64,000 nt of DNA from an uncultured Actinomycetes bacterium (GTDB taxonomy: Bacteria; Actinomycetota; Thermoleophilia; RBG-16-64-13), in assembly GCA_963706025.1 (NCBI GenBank), contig CAVPLM010000010.1, forward strand, positions 31,959 to 95,958, read 5' to 3'. Shown here in pieces: positions 30,835 to 42,130 of the stretch (its first letter is position 1; each line of letters begins with the position of its first letter). A program made the position numbers and the translations under genes. Below the pieces are notes generated by a model that was not told the DNA's origin, searched no databases, and was given only the letters and a program-made list of their open reading frames with translations.

Positions 30835-33501
30835 ATGAGCCCTACCAAACTCGTGTATGACTTCTCCGAGGGAAATGCCACCATGAAGCCCCTTCTGGGG
30901 GGCAAAGGGGCGAACCTGGCGGAGATGACTAGACTCGGCATCCCCGTGCCTCCCGGTTTCATCGTGACCACGGCCGCCTGTGTCCAGTACTCTTCCACCG
31001 GCGCTTACCCCGATGGGCTCACCGAACAGATCGAAGATCACCTCCACGCCCTCGAGAAGCTCACCGGCAAGACTCTGGGCGATCCCCGGAATCCCCTCCT
31101 ACTCTCCATCCGTTCCGGCGCGGTGTTCTCCATGCCTGGGATGATGGACACCGTCCTCAACCTCGGCCTGAACGACGAGACGGTGGAGAGCCTTGCGCAG
31201 GGCACCGGCAACCCGCGCTTCGCCTACGACTCCTACCGGCGGTTCATCTCCATGTTCGGCGACGTGGTCATGGGGGTGGACCCGCAGGCGTTTGAGGACG
31301 CCCTCACCGCCAAGAAGGCCGAGGTCGGCGCTGCCCTGGATACGGATCTCTCGGCAGACGACCTTCGCGATCTCACCGTCCGCTTCAAGAAGATCCTGGG
31401 CGATCACGCCGGTGAGCAGTTCCCCGCCGATCCGCTCAAGCAACTTCACATGAGCGTGGTGGCCGTCTTCAAGAGCTGGGATAACCATCGAGCCAAGGTC
31501 TATCGGCGCACGCAAGGCATCCCCGATGATCTGGGCACCGCCGTCAACGTCCAGACCATGGTCTTTGGCAACAAGGGCGAGACTTCCGGAACCGGCGTGG
31601 CCTTCACGCGCGACCCCTCCACGGGCGAGAACTTCTTCTACGGGGAGTTCCTGATGAACGCCCAGGGTGAAGACGTGGTGGCCGGCGTGCGCCATCCTCG
31701 CCCGCTCGAAGAGATGCGCGAAGTGATGCCTCACGCCTTGGACGAGCTCTACGCCATCCGGGAGACCCTGGAGAAGCACTATCGGGATATGCAGGACGTG
31801 GAGTTCACCATCGAGGACGGCAAGCTCTACATGCTCCAGACCCGCAACGGCAAGCGCACCGCCCAGGCGGCGCTGCGTACCGCCGCCGAGATGGTGAGCG
31901 AAGGCCTCATCACGAAGGAAGAGGCTCTGCAACGGGTCGACCCCAGCCAACTCGATCAACTGCTACACCCTCGTCTCGATCCCAAAGCCACGTATGCCGT
32001 CCTGGCTACTGGGCTGGGCGCGTCCCCGGGGGCGGCGGTGGGCCGGGTCGTGTTCGATGCGGACGAGGCCGAAGAGAAAGGCTCGCGGGGCGAGCCGGTC
32101 ATACTGGTGCGCTGGGAGACCAACCCCGACGACATCCACGGTCTCATCAAGGCCCAGGGAGTCATCACCAGCCACGGAGGCATGACTTCCCATGCGGCGG
32201 TGGTCGCCCGGGGGATGGGCAAGCCCTGCATCGCCGGCGCCCAAGACCTCAACATCGACGTCGAGGCCCGCAAGTTCACCGTGGGCGACGTGGTAGTGAA
32301 CGACGGCGATTGGATCTCCATGGACGGAGCCAGCGGGAAGGTGATCCTGGGCCAGGCCGCCCTGTCCCCGGCTGCCATCGACGAGAACGTGAACACCGTG
32401 CTTTCGTGGGCCGACGAGGTGCGCCGTCTGAGGGTACGCACCAACGCCGACACGCCCGAGGATGCTGAGAAGGCCCGGGAGTTCGGAGCTGAGGGTATCG
32501 GGCTGTGCCGCACCGAGCACATGTTCATGCAGGAAGACCGGCTGCCGCACGTGCGGGCCATGATCATGGCCGAGACCGAGGAGGAGCGCAAGGGCCATCT
32601 GGCCAAGCTCCTGCCCTTCCAGCGGGAGGACTTCGACGGCATCTTCCGGGCCATGTCCGGGCTGCCGGTGACCATCCGGCTGCTCGACCCGCCTCTGCAC
32701 GAGTTCCTGCCCAACTACACCGAGGTGATGGTGGACCTGGAGCGCCTGCGGCTGACCGGCGCCCCGGCGGAGGAAGTGCAGAAGCAAGAGGAGTTGGCCG
32801 CCAAAGTCAAGGCTCTGGCCGAGGCCAACCCCATGCTGGGCACCCGCGGCTGCCGGCTGGGCATCCAGTGGCCGGAGATCTATGCGATGCAGGTGCGGGC
32901 CATCATGGAAGCGGCCTGCGACGTGCTGGCCGAGTCGGGCGAGATGCCGCACGTGGAGATCATGATCCCGCTGGTGGGGTTCGAGCAGGAGCTCAAGCTC
33001 ATGCGCGAACTCACCGAAGAAACGGCCACGGAAGTGCTGGCCGAACGCGGGGTCACCGTCGACTACACTGTCGGCACGATGATCGAGGTGCCCCGGGCGG
33101 CTCTCACTGCCGACGAGATAGCCCGGCAGGCCGACTTCTTCAGCTTCGGCACCAACGACCTCACCCAGACCACCCTGGCCTTCTCCCGCGACGACGCCGA
33201 GGGCAAGTTCCTCACCCACTACCTGCGCATCGATCTGCTCAGGGACAATCCCTTCGAGAAGCTCGACCAAGCCGGGGTGGGGCAGCTGATCGAAATGGCC
33301 GCGCAGAAGGCCCGGTCGGTCAAGCCGTCTATCAAGCTTGGTATCTGCGGAGAGCACGGGGGAGAGCCGTCGAGCGTGAAGTTCTGTCATCGCGCCGGGC
33401 TAAACTACGTAAGCTGCAGTCCCTACCGGGTGCCCCTGGCCCGGCTGGCGGCCGCGCAGGCGGTCCTGGAGGAGTCGGCGGCCGGTAAGGTGGGCGACTG
33501 A
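30835..33501 (+). CDS. ppdK: Pyruvate, phosphate dikinase
   Basis: LLGGKGANL, GGMTSHAAVVAR, GIGLCRTEHMF, SFGTNDLTQ, GICGEHGG. Confidence 0.98.
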   Translation: MSPTKLVYDFSEGNATMKPLLGGKGANLAEMTRLGIPVPPGFIVTTAACVQYSSTGAYPDGLTEQIEDHLHALEKLTGKTLGDPRNPLLLSIRSGAVFSMPGMMDTVLNLGLNDETVESLAQGTGNPRFAYDSYRRFISMFGDVVMGVDPQAFEDALTAKKAEVGAALDTDLSADDLRDLTVRFKKILGDHAGEQFPADPLKQLHMSVVAVFKSWDNHRAKVYRRTQGIPDDLGTAVNVQTMVFGNKGETSGTGVAFTRDPSTGENFFYGEFLMNAQGEDVVAGVRHPRPLEEMREVMPHALDELYAIRETLEKHYRDMQDVEFTIEDGKLYMLQTRNGKRTAQAALRTAAEMVSEGLITKEEALQRVDPSQLDQLLHPRLDPKATYAVLATGLGASPGAAVGRVVFDADEAEEKGSRGEPVILVRWETNPDDIHGLIKAQGVITSHGGMTSHAAVVARGMGKPCIAGAQDLNIDVEARKFTVGDVVVNDGDWISMDGASGKVILGQAALSPAAIDENVNTVLSWADEVRRLRVRTNADTPEDAEKAREFGAEGIGLCRTEHMFMQEDRLPHVRAMIMAETEEERKGHLAKLLPFQREDFDGIFRAMSGLPVTIRLLDPPLHEFLPNYTEVMVDLERLRLTGAPAEEVQKQEELAAKVKALAEANPMLGTRGCRLGIQWPEIYAMQVRAIMEAACDVLAESGEMPHVEIMIPLVGFEQELKLMRELTEETATEVLAERGVTVDYTVGTMIEVPRAALTADEIARQADFFSFGTNDLTQTTLAFSRDDAEGKFLTHYLRIDLLRDNPFEKLDQAGVGQLIEMAAQKARSVKPSIKLGICGEHGGEPSSVKFCHRAGLNYVSCSPYRVPLARLAAAQAVLEESAAGKVGD

Positions 33502-33552
33502 CGTATCCCGGGGGCTCCGCGAGCCCGACGATCAAGCGAGGCCGGTGACGTT

Positions 33553-34596
33553 GTGAAGCACGAGAGAGCCGGTAGGGTCCACTTGTCCGCCGACCTCTTC
33601 GAGGCGGGGCTCTCCCAGTGGGCCCAGCGCTCGTCCGCTTCCCGGGGACGGGAGAGGCCGGAGGAGCCGTGCACGCTCCGGACTCCCTACCAGCGCGACC
33701 GCGACCGTATCGTCCACAGCAAGTCGTTCCGGCGGCTCAAGCACAAGACCCAGGTGTTCATATCGCCCGAGGGGGACCACTACCGCACCCGGCTGACCCA
33801 CACCCTCGAGGTCTCCGGCATAGCCCGCACCATCACCCGGGCGTTGCGACTCAACGAGGATCTTGCCGAAGCGATCTCTCTGGGGCACGACTTGGGCCAC
33901 ACTCCGTTCGGCCACGCCGGCGAAGCAGTCATCGACCAGATGCTCAAGCGTCTGGGCGCGGGAAGGTTCCGGCATAACGAGCAGAGCGCCCGGGTAGTGG
34001 AAGTGGTGGAGAACGACGGCCTTGGCCTCAATCTCACCTGGGAGGTGCGGGACGGGATCCGGTACCACAACGGGAAGAGAATGCCGGCCACTCTCGAAGG
34101 CCGTGTCGTCCATCTGGCCGATCGTATCGCCTATATCAACCACGATATCGATGACGCTCTCCGGGCCGGCCTGATCAACCCGGGAGATCTGCCTCAAGAC
34201 CCGGTCGCGCTACTGGGCCGGACGGGGAGCGACCGGATCGACGCCCTGGTGCACGATCTGGTCGACAGCAGCGCCGACATCGGCGCCATCGTCCAGACCC
34301 CGGAGGTAGGCCGAGCGATGGACGAACTCAGGGCCTTTCTCTTCCGGACGGTGTACGCGCGCTCTCTCGAGGAGGCAGGCAGGCAGAAGGTGGAGCAGCT
34401 CGTCACGCAACTGATGGAGTACTACCTTGGTCATCCCCAGGCTCTGCCGTCGCCGCCCACGCTCACCGGCGACGAGGAAGCGGACCGGCTGGAACTCATC
34501 CGTGCCGTCACCGATCACGTGGCCGGCATGACCGACCGCTACGCCCAGCGGATGTACCTGGATCTGTTCGTGCCCAAATGCTGGGCCGACCAATGA
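33553..34596 (+). CDS. dgt: dGTP triphosphohydrolase-like HD protein
   Basis: RDRDRIVHSKSFRRLKHKTQVF, RTRLTHTLEV, GHDLGHTPFGHAGE. Confidence 0.95.
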   Translation: MKHERAGRVHLSADLFEAGLSQWAQRSSASRGRERPEEPCTLRTPYQRDRDRIVHSKSFRRLKHKTQVFISPEGDHYRTRLTHTLEVSGIARTITRALRLNEDLAEAISLGHDLGHTPFGHAGEAVIDQMLKRLGAGRFRHNEQSARVVEVVENDGLGLNLTWEVRDGIRYHNGKRMPATLEGRVVHLADRIAYINHDIDDALRAGLINPGDLPQDPVALLGRTGSDRIDALVHDLVDSSADIGAIVQTPEVGRAMDELRAFLFRTVYARSLEEAGRQKVEQLVTQLMEYYLGHPQALPSPPTLTGDEEADRLELIRAVTDHVAGMTDRYAQRMYLDLFVPKCWADQ

Positions 34597-36455
34597 GTCC
34601 CATGATCAAAGACGCCAGCGTGCAGGCGGTCTTGTCGACGGCAAGCATCGTGGATGTGGTGTCCGGGTACACCAGTCTGCGCAAACGGGGAGCCACGTAC
34701 ACGGGATTGTGCCCGTTCCATCAGGAGAAGACCCCCTCGTTCACAGTGAGTGCCGAAAAGGGCCTTTACTACTGTTTCGGTTGCGGGGAAGGCGGCGACG
34801 TCGTTCGCTTCGTGGAGCGGATGGAGAGCCTTTCGTTCACCGAAGCTATCGAGCAACTGGGGGAGCGTTTCGGGGTGCCGGTGGAGTTCGAAGAGGGGGC
34901 GGGGTCCGACCCCGGCCGCAAAGACCGGCAGGCGCGTCTGCTACAGGTGCTCGACAAGGCGGCCACGTTTTACGAGCGGTTCCTCTGGGAAACAGAAAGT
35001 GGCCGTGTGGCCAGGGAGTACCTCGAGAAGCGAGGGCTGGAGCAGAAGGTCTGCCGCACCTTCCGAGTGGGCCTCTCGCCGGACGAATGGAGAGGGCTGC
35101 ACCGCCGGGCCTCGAAGGAGGGTTTCACAGACCGCGAGTTGGAGGATGCCGGTCTGCTGATCCGGCAGGCCGGGAAGACCTACGACCGATTTCGGGGACG
35201 ACTCATGTTCCCGCTGGTCGACCACAGAGGGAGGGTCGTGGGATTCGGGGGGAGGACTCTCAAAGACGAGACCCCTAAGTACCTGAACTCCCCTGAGGGG
35301 CCCCTCTACCAGAAAGGGCACCTTCTCTATGGCTTGTACCAGGCTCGGCGGGCCGTAGCCGATGCCGACGAGGTAGTGGTGGTGGAGGGCTATACAGATG
35401 TCCTCGGACTCGTGCAGGCAGGCATGGACAACGTGGTCGCTTCCATGGGGACCGCGCTCACCGACGCCCAGATCGGACTCATGATGCGCTTCACCCGGAA
35501 CGTCACCTTCATGTTCGACGCCGACCGGGCCGGCACCGAAGCGGTGTTGCGCTCGGGCGATCTGGCCCGCGGGCAGGGGCTGCGACCCACGGTCGCCGTC
35601 CTGCCCGGCGGCCGGGACCCGGCAGACGTGGCCGTGGCCGACGGGCGGGAAGGCGTTTCCCAGGTTATGGCGGGGAAGATCTCGCTCTTGGGGTTCGAAC
35701 TGCGGCAGGCCCTGACTCGGGGAGACACAGGCACGGCCGAAGGGCGGGTGCGGGTCTTCGAGGATGTGCGCCGGATCATGGGTAAGGCCCGATCACCCAA
35801 AGAACGGGAAGAAGAGATCCCGGTGGTGGCCGACCGGCTCCGGCTGTCGCCGGACAGCGTCGCGTTGCTGCTGCGGGGTGATGCGGGGGGCGGGGCGCGC
35901 GGGCGAAGGCCCGCGCGCCCCGCCCCCGGACCCGACGACTCCCACGAGGCGTACTCCCAGCCCTCACTCGCTCGTCGTCTCCTGAGCAGCGAGGCCGTTC
36001 TCGAGCGGGATTTCCTGGTGGCGGCGGCCTGCAACCCCGGCAGGGCGGCACAACTCCTCCCAGCCCTCAATCCCGAGCATTTCGCCGATCCCAGCAATCG
36101 TGAAGTATTCATCGGGCTCCGCGATGCTCTGGCGCCGACGAAGGACGCCGAGGACCACCAGACTGCCATCACTCAGCTCAAAGCCAAGGCTCGTGGCGAC
36201 TCTGAGGCCGGCCGCTTCTTCGTGCGACTGGTGATGGAGGCGGACCAAGGACGGTACGCACCGCCCGTGCTCGAGGAACTCCATCTCCGGCTCCAGGAAC
36301 AGCATCTGATCCGAGAGATCCGCAGCCTCCGGGAGAGTCTCGATAAAGGCAACGACACAGACAGCCAGCAGCGCCACCTCTTCCGCTTGGAGCAGCTCCT
36401 GCAGGCGGTACGGGCGAACCTGACCAATCTGGACCCCGAGGAAGGACAGGCCTGA
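34593..36455 (+). CDS. dnaG: DNA primase
   Basis: CPFH..KTPSF...CFGC zinc finger; DRFRGRLMFP; KYLNSPE; VEGYTDV; FDADRAG. Confidence 0.96.
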   Translation: MSPMIKDASVQAVLSTASIVDVVSGYTSLRKRGATYTGLCPFHQEKTPSFTVSAEKGLYYCFGCGEGGDVVRFVERMESLSFTEAIEQLGERFGVPVEFEEGAGSDPGRKDRQARLLQVLDKAATFYERFLWETESGRVAREYLEKRGLEQKVCRTFRVGLSPDEWRGLHRRASKEGFTDRELEDAGLLIRQAGKTYDRFRGRLMFPLVDHRGRVVGFGGRTLKDETPKYLNSPEGPLYQKGHLLYGLYQARRAVADADEVVVVEGYTDVLGLVQAGMDNVVASMGTALTDAQIGLMMRFTRNVTFMFDADRAGTEAVLRSGDLARGQGLRPTVAVLPGGRDPADVAVADGREGVSQVMAGKISLLGFELRQALTRGDTGTAEGRVRVFEDVRRIMGKARSPKEREEEIPVVADRLRLSPDSVALLLRGDAGGGARGRRPARPAPGPDDSHEAYSQPSLARRLLSSEAVLERDFLVAAACNPGRAAQLLPALNPEHFADPSNREVFIGLRDALAPTKDAEDHQTAITQLKAKARGDSEAGRFFVRLVMEADQGRYAPPVLEELHLRLQEQHLIREIRSLRESLDKGNDTDSQQRHLFRLEQLLQAVRANLTNLDPEEGQA

Positions 36456-36456
36456 G

Positions 36457-37540
36457 GTGCCGGACGAGAGCGAACTCACCCGCGACGTGCTGCAAGAGGT
36501 GCTCGACCGAGGACGCGCGCGCGGCTCCCTGACCGTGGACGAGATCGGCGCCCTCGTCCAGGACGCGGATCTTTCCCCCGACGATCTCGAGTTCCTTTAC
36601 TCGCTGCTGTTCGACATGGGGGTGGAGGTAGTCGATGAACGGGCCGAGGAACTGGGCGACTTCTCTGAAGAGGAGGAGTTCCTTGGTTTCCTCGACGTCA
36701 CCATCGACCACAGCGTCGACGACCCGGTGCGTATGTATCTGCGCGAGATAGGGAAGATCCCGCTTCTGACCATAGAGCAGGAAGATAGAGCTGGCCCGCC
36801 TCATCGAGAAGAAGGACGTGGAGGCGAAGCGCCGTCTGACCGAGGCCAACCTCCGGCTCGTGGTCTCCATCGCCAAGCGCTACATGGGCCGGGGCCTCTT
36901 GTTCCTCGATCTTATCCAGGAAGGGAACCTGGGGCTCATAAGGGCGGTGGAGAAGTTCGACTATCGGTTGGGATACAAGTTCTCCACCTACGCCACTTGG
37001 TGGATCCGGCAGGCGGTGACTCGGGCGATCGCTGATCAGGCGCGAACCATCCGGGTGCCGGTGCATGCTGTGGAGACCATGAACAAACTGAGCCGGGTGC
37101 GGCGCGAATTGGTGCAAAGGCACGGCCGGGAGCCCACCGTGGCCGAGATGGCCGCGGCCCTGGGGGTGACCGCCGGCAAGATCCGAGAGATACAGAAGAC
37201 GGCCCAGGAGCCGGTGTCGCTGGAGACCCCGGTGGGCGACGAGGACGATTCGGAGTTGGGTGACTTCATCGAGGACGTGGATGCCGACCAGCCTCTCGAG
37301 GTGGTCTTCCGCCAGCTGAGGAGAGAGGAGCTCTTCAAGGTCCTCGACAGTCTCCCCACCCGGGATCGCAAGGTCCTGGAGCTGCGTTTCGGCCTCAAGG
37401 GGGAGCGCCCGCGGACCCTGGAGGAGGTGGGAGAAAGGTTCGGCGTGACCCGGGAGCGCATACGCCAGGTCGAAGCCAAGACCCTGAACCGACTCAAGAA
37501 CTACCGTGACGCCCAAGCCCTCCGAGACCTCGACGGGTGA
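36457..37540 (+). CDS. rpoD: RpoD/SigA-family sigma factor (one frameshift)
   Basis: [53 protein letters not shown]; directly after dnaG. Confidence 0.9.
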
Positions 37541-37713
37541 AACGGCATCCAGCGCCGGCGCAAGTTTTTACCAGAATCCTTCGCCAGAAGGCTTGACCGC
37601 GCTCTTAGGTTCCGCTAATGTAACCGGGCGAGTCCGGACTTTCCGGGCCGCGTGCGTTAGAGAGGGGTGGGCCCGGGATCCGCGTCGCCCCGAAAGACAT
37701 GGAGGTTGCAGGG

Positions 37714-37917
37714 TTGGCTGAGGGGACTGTCAAGTGGTTTAGTCCCGAGAAGGGCTACGGTTTCATCGAACAGCCGGAGGGAGAAGATCTCTTCGTGCAT
37801 TTCAGTGAGATCCAGACGGAGGGGTTCCGCACGCTCACGGAGGGACAGGCCGTCACGTTCGATGTGGTCCAGGGCCCGAAAGGCCTGCAGGCGGCGAACG
37901 TCTCGGCTGTAGTCTAA
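37714..37917 (+). CDS. cspA: Cold-shock protein
   Basis: [22 protein letters not shown]; GGAGG RBS, TTG start; TTGACC-N17-TAATGT promoter upstream. Confidence 0.95.
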   Translation: MAEGTVKWFSPEKGYGFIEQPEGEDLFVHFSEIQTEGFRTLTEGQAVTFDVVQGPKGLQAANVSAVV

Positions 37918-37947
37918 AACGAAGAGGTACGCTCTTCCCGTCATTCG

Positions 37948-37976
37948 AGCCCCGCTTCGGCGGGGCTTTTTCTTTT
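37948..37976 (+). terminator. Intrinsic terminator after csp
   Basis: AGCCCCGC-TTCG-GCGGGGCT followed by a T-rich tract. Confidence 0.9.
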
Positions 37977-38018
37977 GGAGGACAAAGGGCTGATCCTTGA
38001 TCCGCTGTACCAGGTAGC

Positions 38019-38045
38019 TAAAGTCCTCGTCTCTCAAGCCGATAT
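38019..38045 (+). promoter_or_regulatory. Putative sigma28 (FliA/WhiG-type) promoter
   Basis: TAAAGT...GCCGATAT with exact 15-nt spacer after TAAA. Confidence 0.65.
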
Positions 38046-38050
38046 AGGGA

Positions 38051-38118
38051 ACGAGAGTTTCCCATTCAAAACTCTCCTTTCTCCTCTCGGGCGCCTCGCC
38101 AAGGCGCCCACTTTTTTT
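38051..38118 (+). ncRNA. Putative small regulatory RNA
   Basis: Promoter, 8-bp stem-loop GAGAGTTT/AAACTCTC, C/U-rich linker, GGGCGCCT/AGGCGCCC terminator with T7; no ORF on this strand. Confidence 0.6.
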
Positions 38119-38209
38119 CGGCTATAATCCCCCGGGGTCCGCGCTGCCGCCGTCCTGGGGCCCCCACCCGGTCTCGAGCGCGGACGAGTCGCCCAAGGAG
38201 AGCTGCACC

Positions 38210-38492
38210 ATGATTTCCCGGCAAGAGGTCGAGCATGTGGCGCGTCTCGCGCGCCTCCACTTCGAGGAAGAGGAGCTCGGCCCGGCTGCAGCCGGAACTC
38301 GGTCAGATCATCGACTACGTGCAGCAGCTTTCCGAGCTCGACCTCTCCGGTCTGGAGCCACCTCCCACGCGGTGGCTCTCAAGAACGTGCTCCGCCCGGA
38401 CGAGCCGGTGCCGGGCCTGACCCAGGAAGAGGCCACCGCCAACGGTCCTCGATGTCGAGCGGGGTCAGTTCGTGGTCCCCAGGATAGGCTAG
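38210..38492 (+). CDS. gatC: Asp/Glu-tRNA amidotransferase subunit C (frameshifted)
   Basis: [16 protein letters not shown]...[14 protein letters not shown]...GQFVVPRIG*; TATAAT at ~38123. Confidence 0.9.
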
Positions 38493-38521
38493 GAAACGGC
38501 TATGACCACGAGGGGCCGGCT

Positions 38522-40032
38522 ATGACCGCGGGGAGAGCCGCGACCGGGGAACGGAGTGACGGAAGCGCCATCGACGTCACCACGCTGACGGCCCATCGGT
38601 GCCGGGAGCTGCTGGCCGCCGGGGAGGTTTCGGCCACCGAACTGACGCGGGCCTACCTCGACCGCATCGCCGCGGTCGATGAAGCCGTCCAGTCTTACCT
38701 GCTGGTCGACGAGGCGGGCGCGCTGGCCGCCGCGGCGACCGTGGACGCCAAGCCGCGGGCGGAGCGATCCCCCTGGGAGGGCGTGCCCATCGGTCTCAAG
38801 GACATCTTCTGCGTCAAGGGCATGGAGACCACCTGCGCGTCGCGGATCCTCAAGGGCTACGTCCCGCCTTACGACGCCACCGTCATCTCCAAGTTGCGGG
38901 CGGCCGGTCTGATCTTCTTGGGCAAGCTCAACATGGACGAGTTCGCCATGGGCAGCTCCACCGAGAACTCGGCCTTCAAGACCACGCGGAACCCCTGGGA
39001 CCTCGACCGGGTGCCGGGCGGCTCCAGCGGCGGCTCCGCCGCCTGCGTCGCCGCCTCCGAGGCCCCCTGGGCTCTCGGCACGGACACGGGCGGCTCCATC
39101 CGGCAGCCGGCCTCGCTGTGCGGTGTCGTGGGCCTCAAGCCCACCTACGGCGCCGTGAGTCGCTATGGCCTGATAGCGTTCGCCAGCTCGCTCGACCAGA
39201 TCGGGCCCCTCACTCGCGACGTGAGGGACGCCGCGGCCCTGCTCGATCTCATCGCCGGGCGCGACCCGCGGGACTCCACCAGCATCGGGCTCTCGGAGCC
39301 GGCCGGCGTGCCCGACCGGGGTGATCTGGAAGGCCTGCGTTTCGGGGTCATCAAGGAGTTCGTGGGTGACGCCTGCGATCCCGGGGTGCGGGACGTGTTC
39401 GACTCGGCCGTGGACGCCATCGCGCTGCTGGGCGGGGTGTGCGAAGAGGTCAGCCTGCCCAGCGTGGAGCGCGGCGTCGCCGCCTACTACATCATCGCCC
39501 CTTCGGAGGCCAGCTCCAACCTGGCCCGCTTCGACGGAGTCCGTTACGGTCACCGCACCGCGCACAGCCGAGGACTTGCTACGAGATGTACACCCGCACC
39601 CGCAGCGAAGGCTTCGGAACCGAGGTCAAGCGCCGCATCATGATCGGCACCTATGCCCTCTCCGCCGGCTACTACGATGCCTACTACGCTCAGGCACAGC
39701 GGACGCGCACTCTCATCATCCAGGACTTCGAGCAGGCCTTCGGCCGTTTCGACTTCCTGATCTCGCCCACCTCTCCGACCGTGGCTTTCAAGATCGGGGA
39801 GCGCATGGCCGATCCGCTGGCCATGTACCTGTCCGACCTGTGCACGATCCCGGTGAACCTGGCCGCCCTGCCCGGCATCAGCATACCGGCCGGCTTCTCG
39901 GGCGGGCTGCCGGTGGGCCTGCAGATCATCGGGCCCCACTTCTCGGAGCGGGGGCTGCTGGACGCGGCCCACGCGGTGGAGCAGAAGCTCCAGGTCGACG
40001 TGGTCGCGCCGCTGGCGGAGGTGGAGCGATGA
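38522..40032 (+). CDS. gatA: Amidotransferase subunit A (frameshifted)
   Basis: [45 protein letters not shown]. Confidence 0.95.
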
Positions 40033-41582
40033 GCGCCGAGCCGGCTCGGCGCACTCAGTCCGGCGGCGGCGCCGGCGCTGGGCGCGGCCCGAGCGCGGGC
40101 GGCGCCGACTTCGGCACGGTGACTGGGAGGCCGTCATCGGCCTCGAGATCCACGTGCAACTGAACACGCGCACCAAGATGTTCTGCGGCTGCGAGGTCAC
40201 CTTCGGGGAACCGCCGAACACCCACGTCTGCCCGGTCTGCCTGGGGCATCCCGGCGTGCTGCCGGTGACCAACGAGAAGGCGATGGAGTACGCCACGCGC
40301 ATCGCCCTGGCTCTCAACTGCCGGATCGCGGAGCGCACCATCTTCCACCGCAAGAACTACTTCTATCCCGATCTGCCCAAGGCCTACCAGATCTCGCAGT
40401 ACGACCTGCCGCTGGGCATCGGCGGACATCTGGACGTGGAACTGGAGGATGGCAGCAACCTGCGGGTGGGCATCACCCGGGTGCACATGGAAGAGGACGC
40501 CGGGCAAGCTCGTCCACGCCGGCGGGGCCTCAGGACGCATCGATGGCGCCGACTACTCCCTGGTGGACTTCAACCGGGGCGGCACGCCACTGGTGGAGAT
40601 CGTGAGCGAGCCGGACATCTCCACGCCCGACCAGGCCCGGGCCTTCCTGACGCAGCTGCGCAGCCTCGTAGAGCAGCTGGGAGTCTCCGACGTCAACATG
40701 GAAGAGGGCTCGCTGCGCTGCGACGCCAACGTCTCGGTGCGCAAGCCCGGGGAGCCCTTCGGCACCAAGACCGAGCTCAAGAACATGAACTCCTTCCGCT
40801 TCCTGCATCGGGGCCTGGAAGCCGAGATCGAGCGCCAGATCGATGCCCTGGAGTCGGGCGAGCGCATCGTGCAGGAGACGGTGCACTTCGATCCGGCCAC
40901 CGGCCTGGTGTCGACCCTGCGCAGCAAGGAAGAGGCGCACGACTACCGCTACTTCCCCGAGCCCGACCTGACTCCTATCGAGCTGGACGAGGCCTACGTG
41001 GAGCGGGTGCGGGCCGGCCTCCCGGAGCTGCCGGCGGCCCGCAAGGAACGGTTGATCGACCAGTACGGCCTGCCCCCCAAGGATGCCGCCCTCCTGGCTG
41101 CCAACAAGCCTCTGGGCGACTACTTCGAGGCCTTGGCCGCAGCTACCGGTCGACGCGCGCTCGTCGGCCAACTGGGTGCTGGGCGATCTGTCCGCCTATC
41201 CTCAACGCCGCCGGGCTGGAAGTGACCCAGTGCCCGGTCACCGTCGAAGGTCTGGCCGAGTTGCTGGGCTTGGTGAGTGACGGCACTCTTTCCGGGCAAG
41301 ATGGCCAAAGAGGTGTTCGAGGCCATGACCGCCACCGGCAAGAGCGCCCAGGCGATCGTCGCCGAGAAGGGGCTGGGCCAGATCTCCGACGCGGGGGAGC
41401 TCGAAGCCATCGTGGCCAGGATCGTGGAGGCCAACCCGGGTCCGGCCGAGGAGTTCCGGCAGGGGCGCGACCGGGTCCTGGGTTTCTTCGTCGGGCAGGT
41501 GATGAAGGAGACGCGGGGCCAGGCGAATCCTCAGATGGTGAACGAACTGCTCCGGAAGCATCTACAGACCCCCGACGGGTGA
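40029..41582 (+). CDS. gatB: Amidotransferase subunit B (frameshifted)
   Basis: [56 protein letters not shown]. Confidence 0.95.
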
Positions 41583-41722
41583 GGGACTTCCGCCGGATGG
41601 GTCGCGCGAACGGCCGCAGAAGCCCTGGCGCAGGGCATTCTCAAGGTTGAAAACCCAGCCCATGTCTGTTACTTTGCCTTACCTTTTCTAACGCTCGACC
41701 ACCTTAGGAAGGCGCAAGCGTC

Positions 41723-42094
41723 GTGCAATCCACAGATGCGCACCCGGAATCGTGTCCTGTTCTCAGAACCGCGGATATCATCTCGGGCAAGTGGACGCTC
41801 CTCATCCTCCGCGACCTCTCCAAAGGCATCAACCGTTTCAGCGCTCTGGAACGCTCGCTGGCCGGCATCAGCCCCAAGACCCTGTCGGAACGGCTCAAGG
41901 GACTGGAGAAGGCCGGGATCGTCACGCGCAAGAGCTATGCCGAAGTCCCGCCCCGGGTCGAGTACACACTCACCAGCATGGGTTGGGACCTTATCCCCCT
42001 TATCGACCACATGCGCGACTACGGGAGCAAGTGGCTCGGGGACGGTGGCCCGCAGGCAGGCATGTCATCTGATGACGACGTGCCCGGTGCGTAG
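41723..42094 (+). CDS. HxlR-family winged-helix regulator
   Basis: CPV...IISGKWTLLIL, GISPKTLSERLK, EVPPRVEYTLT. Confidence 0.92.
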   Translation: MQSTDAHPESCPVLRTADIISGKWTLLILRDLSKGINRFSALERSLAGISPKTLSERLKGLEKAGIVTRKSYAEVPPRVEYTLTSMGWDLIPLIDHMRDYGSKWLGDGGPQAGMSSDDDVPGA

Positions 42095-42130
42095 TCTCCT
42101 TCCCGAGCGCATCGGGCCGGGAGGTAGTAG

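Noticed and set aside
38210-39643. Apparent GatC-GatA fusion ORF
   Set aside because: Caused by indels in gatC; gatC has its own stop (38490-92) and gatA its own ATG (38522)
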